A stretch of 5,772 bases of DNA from a virus (Duplodnaviria > Heunggongvirae > Uroviricota > Caudoviricetes), in the IMG/VR virus record IMGVR_UViG_3300029181_000054; one strand, 5' to 3'. The stretch's first letter is position 1; the number at the start of each line of letters is the position of its first letter. This document shows, in pieces, positions 5,187-5,772 of this stretch. The notes beneath the pieces are model-generated. The model did no database searches, was not told the origin of the DNA, and saw only the letters and a program-made list of their open reading frames with translations. A program made the translations under genes and the position numbers.

Positions 5187-5772
5187 AAAACATCGCCGCA
5201 CAGATGGTTAACTTTGACCGTGAGCAGATGCGCCGGATCGCCAACAATATGCCGGAACAGTACGACGAAAAGCCGCAGGTACAGCAGGTAGCGCAGATCA
5301 TCAACGGTGTGTTCAGCCAGTTACTGGCAACTTTCCCGGCGAGCCTGGCTAACCGTGACCAGAATGAACTGAACGAAATCCGCCGCCAGTGGGTTCTGGC
5401 TTTCCGGGAAAACGGGATCACCACAATGGAACAGGTTAACGCTGGAATGCGCGTAGCCCGTCGGCAGAATCGACCATTCCTGCCATCACCCGGGCAGTTT
5501 GTCGCCTGGTGCCGGGAAGAAGCATCTGTTAACGCCGGGCTGCCAAACGTCAGCGAGCTGGTTGATATGGTTTACGAGTATTGCCGGAAGCGTGGCCTGT
5601 ATCCGGATGCAGAGTCTTATCCGTGGAAATCGAACGCGCATTACTGGTTGGTTACCAACTTGTACCAGAACATGCGGGCCAATGCGCTGGCTGACGCGGA
5701 ATTACGGCGCAAGGCTGCCGATGAACTGACCTGTATGACAGCGCGAATTAACCGTGGTGAGACGATACCTGA
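5183..5772 (+). CDS. P: Replication protein P (DnaB helicase loader), 5' partial; continues beyond window end
   Basis: ATG 5183-5185 overlaps the O stop. Translation MKNIAAQMVNFDREQMRRIANNMPEQYDEKPQVQQVAQIINGVFSQLLATFPASLANRDQNE... matches lambda P from memory. No stop codon before the window ends; the six-frame track omits it for that reason. Confidence 0.95.
   Translation, partial: MKNIAAQMVNFDREQMRRIANNMPEQYDEKPQVQQVAQIINGVFSQLLATFPASLANRDQNELNEIRRQWVLAFRENGITTMEQVNAGMRVARRQNRPFLPSPGQFVAWCREEASVNAGLPNVSELVDMVYEYCRKRGLYPDAESYPWKSNAHYWLVTNLYQNMRANALADAELRRKAADELTCMTARINRGETIP

Overview
This window is a mosaic lambdoid prophage early region (recombination, immunity, replication), read by eye with lambda protein sequences recalled from memory and no database search. 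Minus strand, right to left: a LexA-like CI repressor (2537-3226), an AT-rich lipoprotein gene in the position lambda gives to rexAB (1927-2307) followed by an intrinsic terminator, candidate OL operators and pL, a structured leader, a small pL-operon ORF with uncertain start, lambda-type gam and bet, and a 5'-deleted remnant of exo running off the window start. Plus strand: OR/pR, a Cro-like YdaS-type regulator, a consensus boxA, a YdaT-like protein in the CII position, an O initiator carrying in-gene ori iterons (non-lambda N-terminal part, lambda-like C-terminal part), and the 5' part of lambda-type P running off the window end. The best candidate for something new is the lipoprotein moron, which could be a lysogen-expressed exclusion or defence gene. 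Other points worth checking are the exo deletion beside intact bet and gam, the arginine-rich N-like frame behind a large leader hairpin, and a boxA with no visible boxB.
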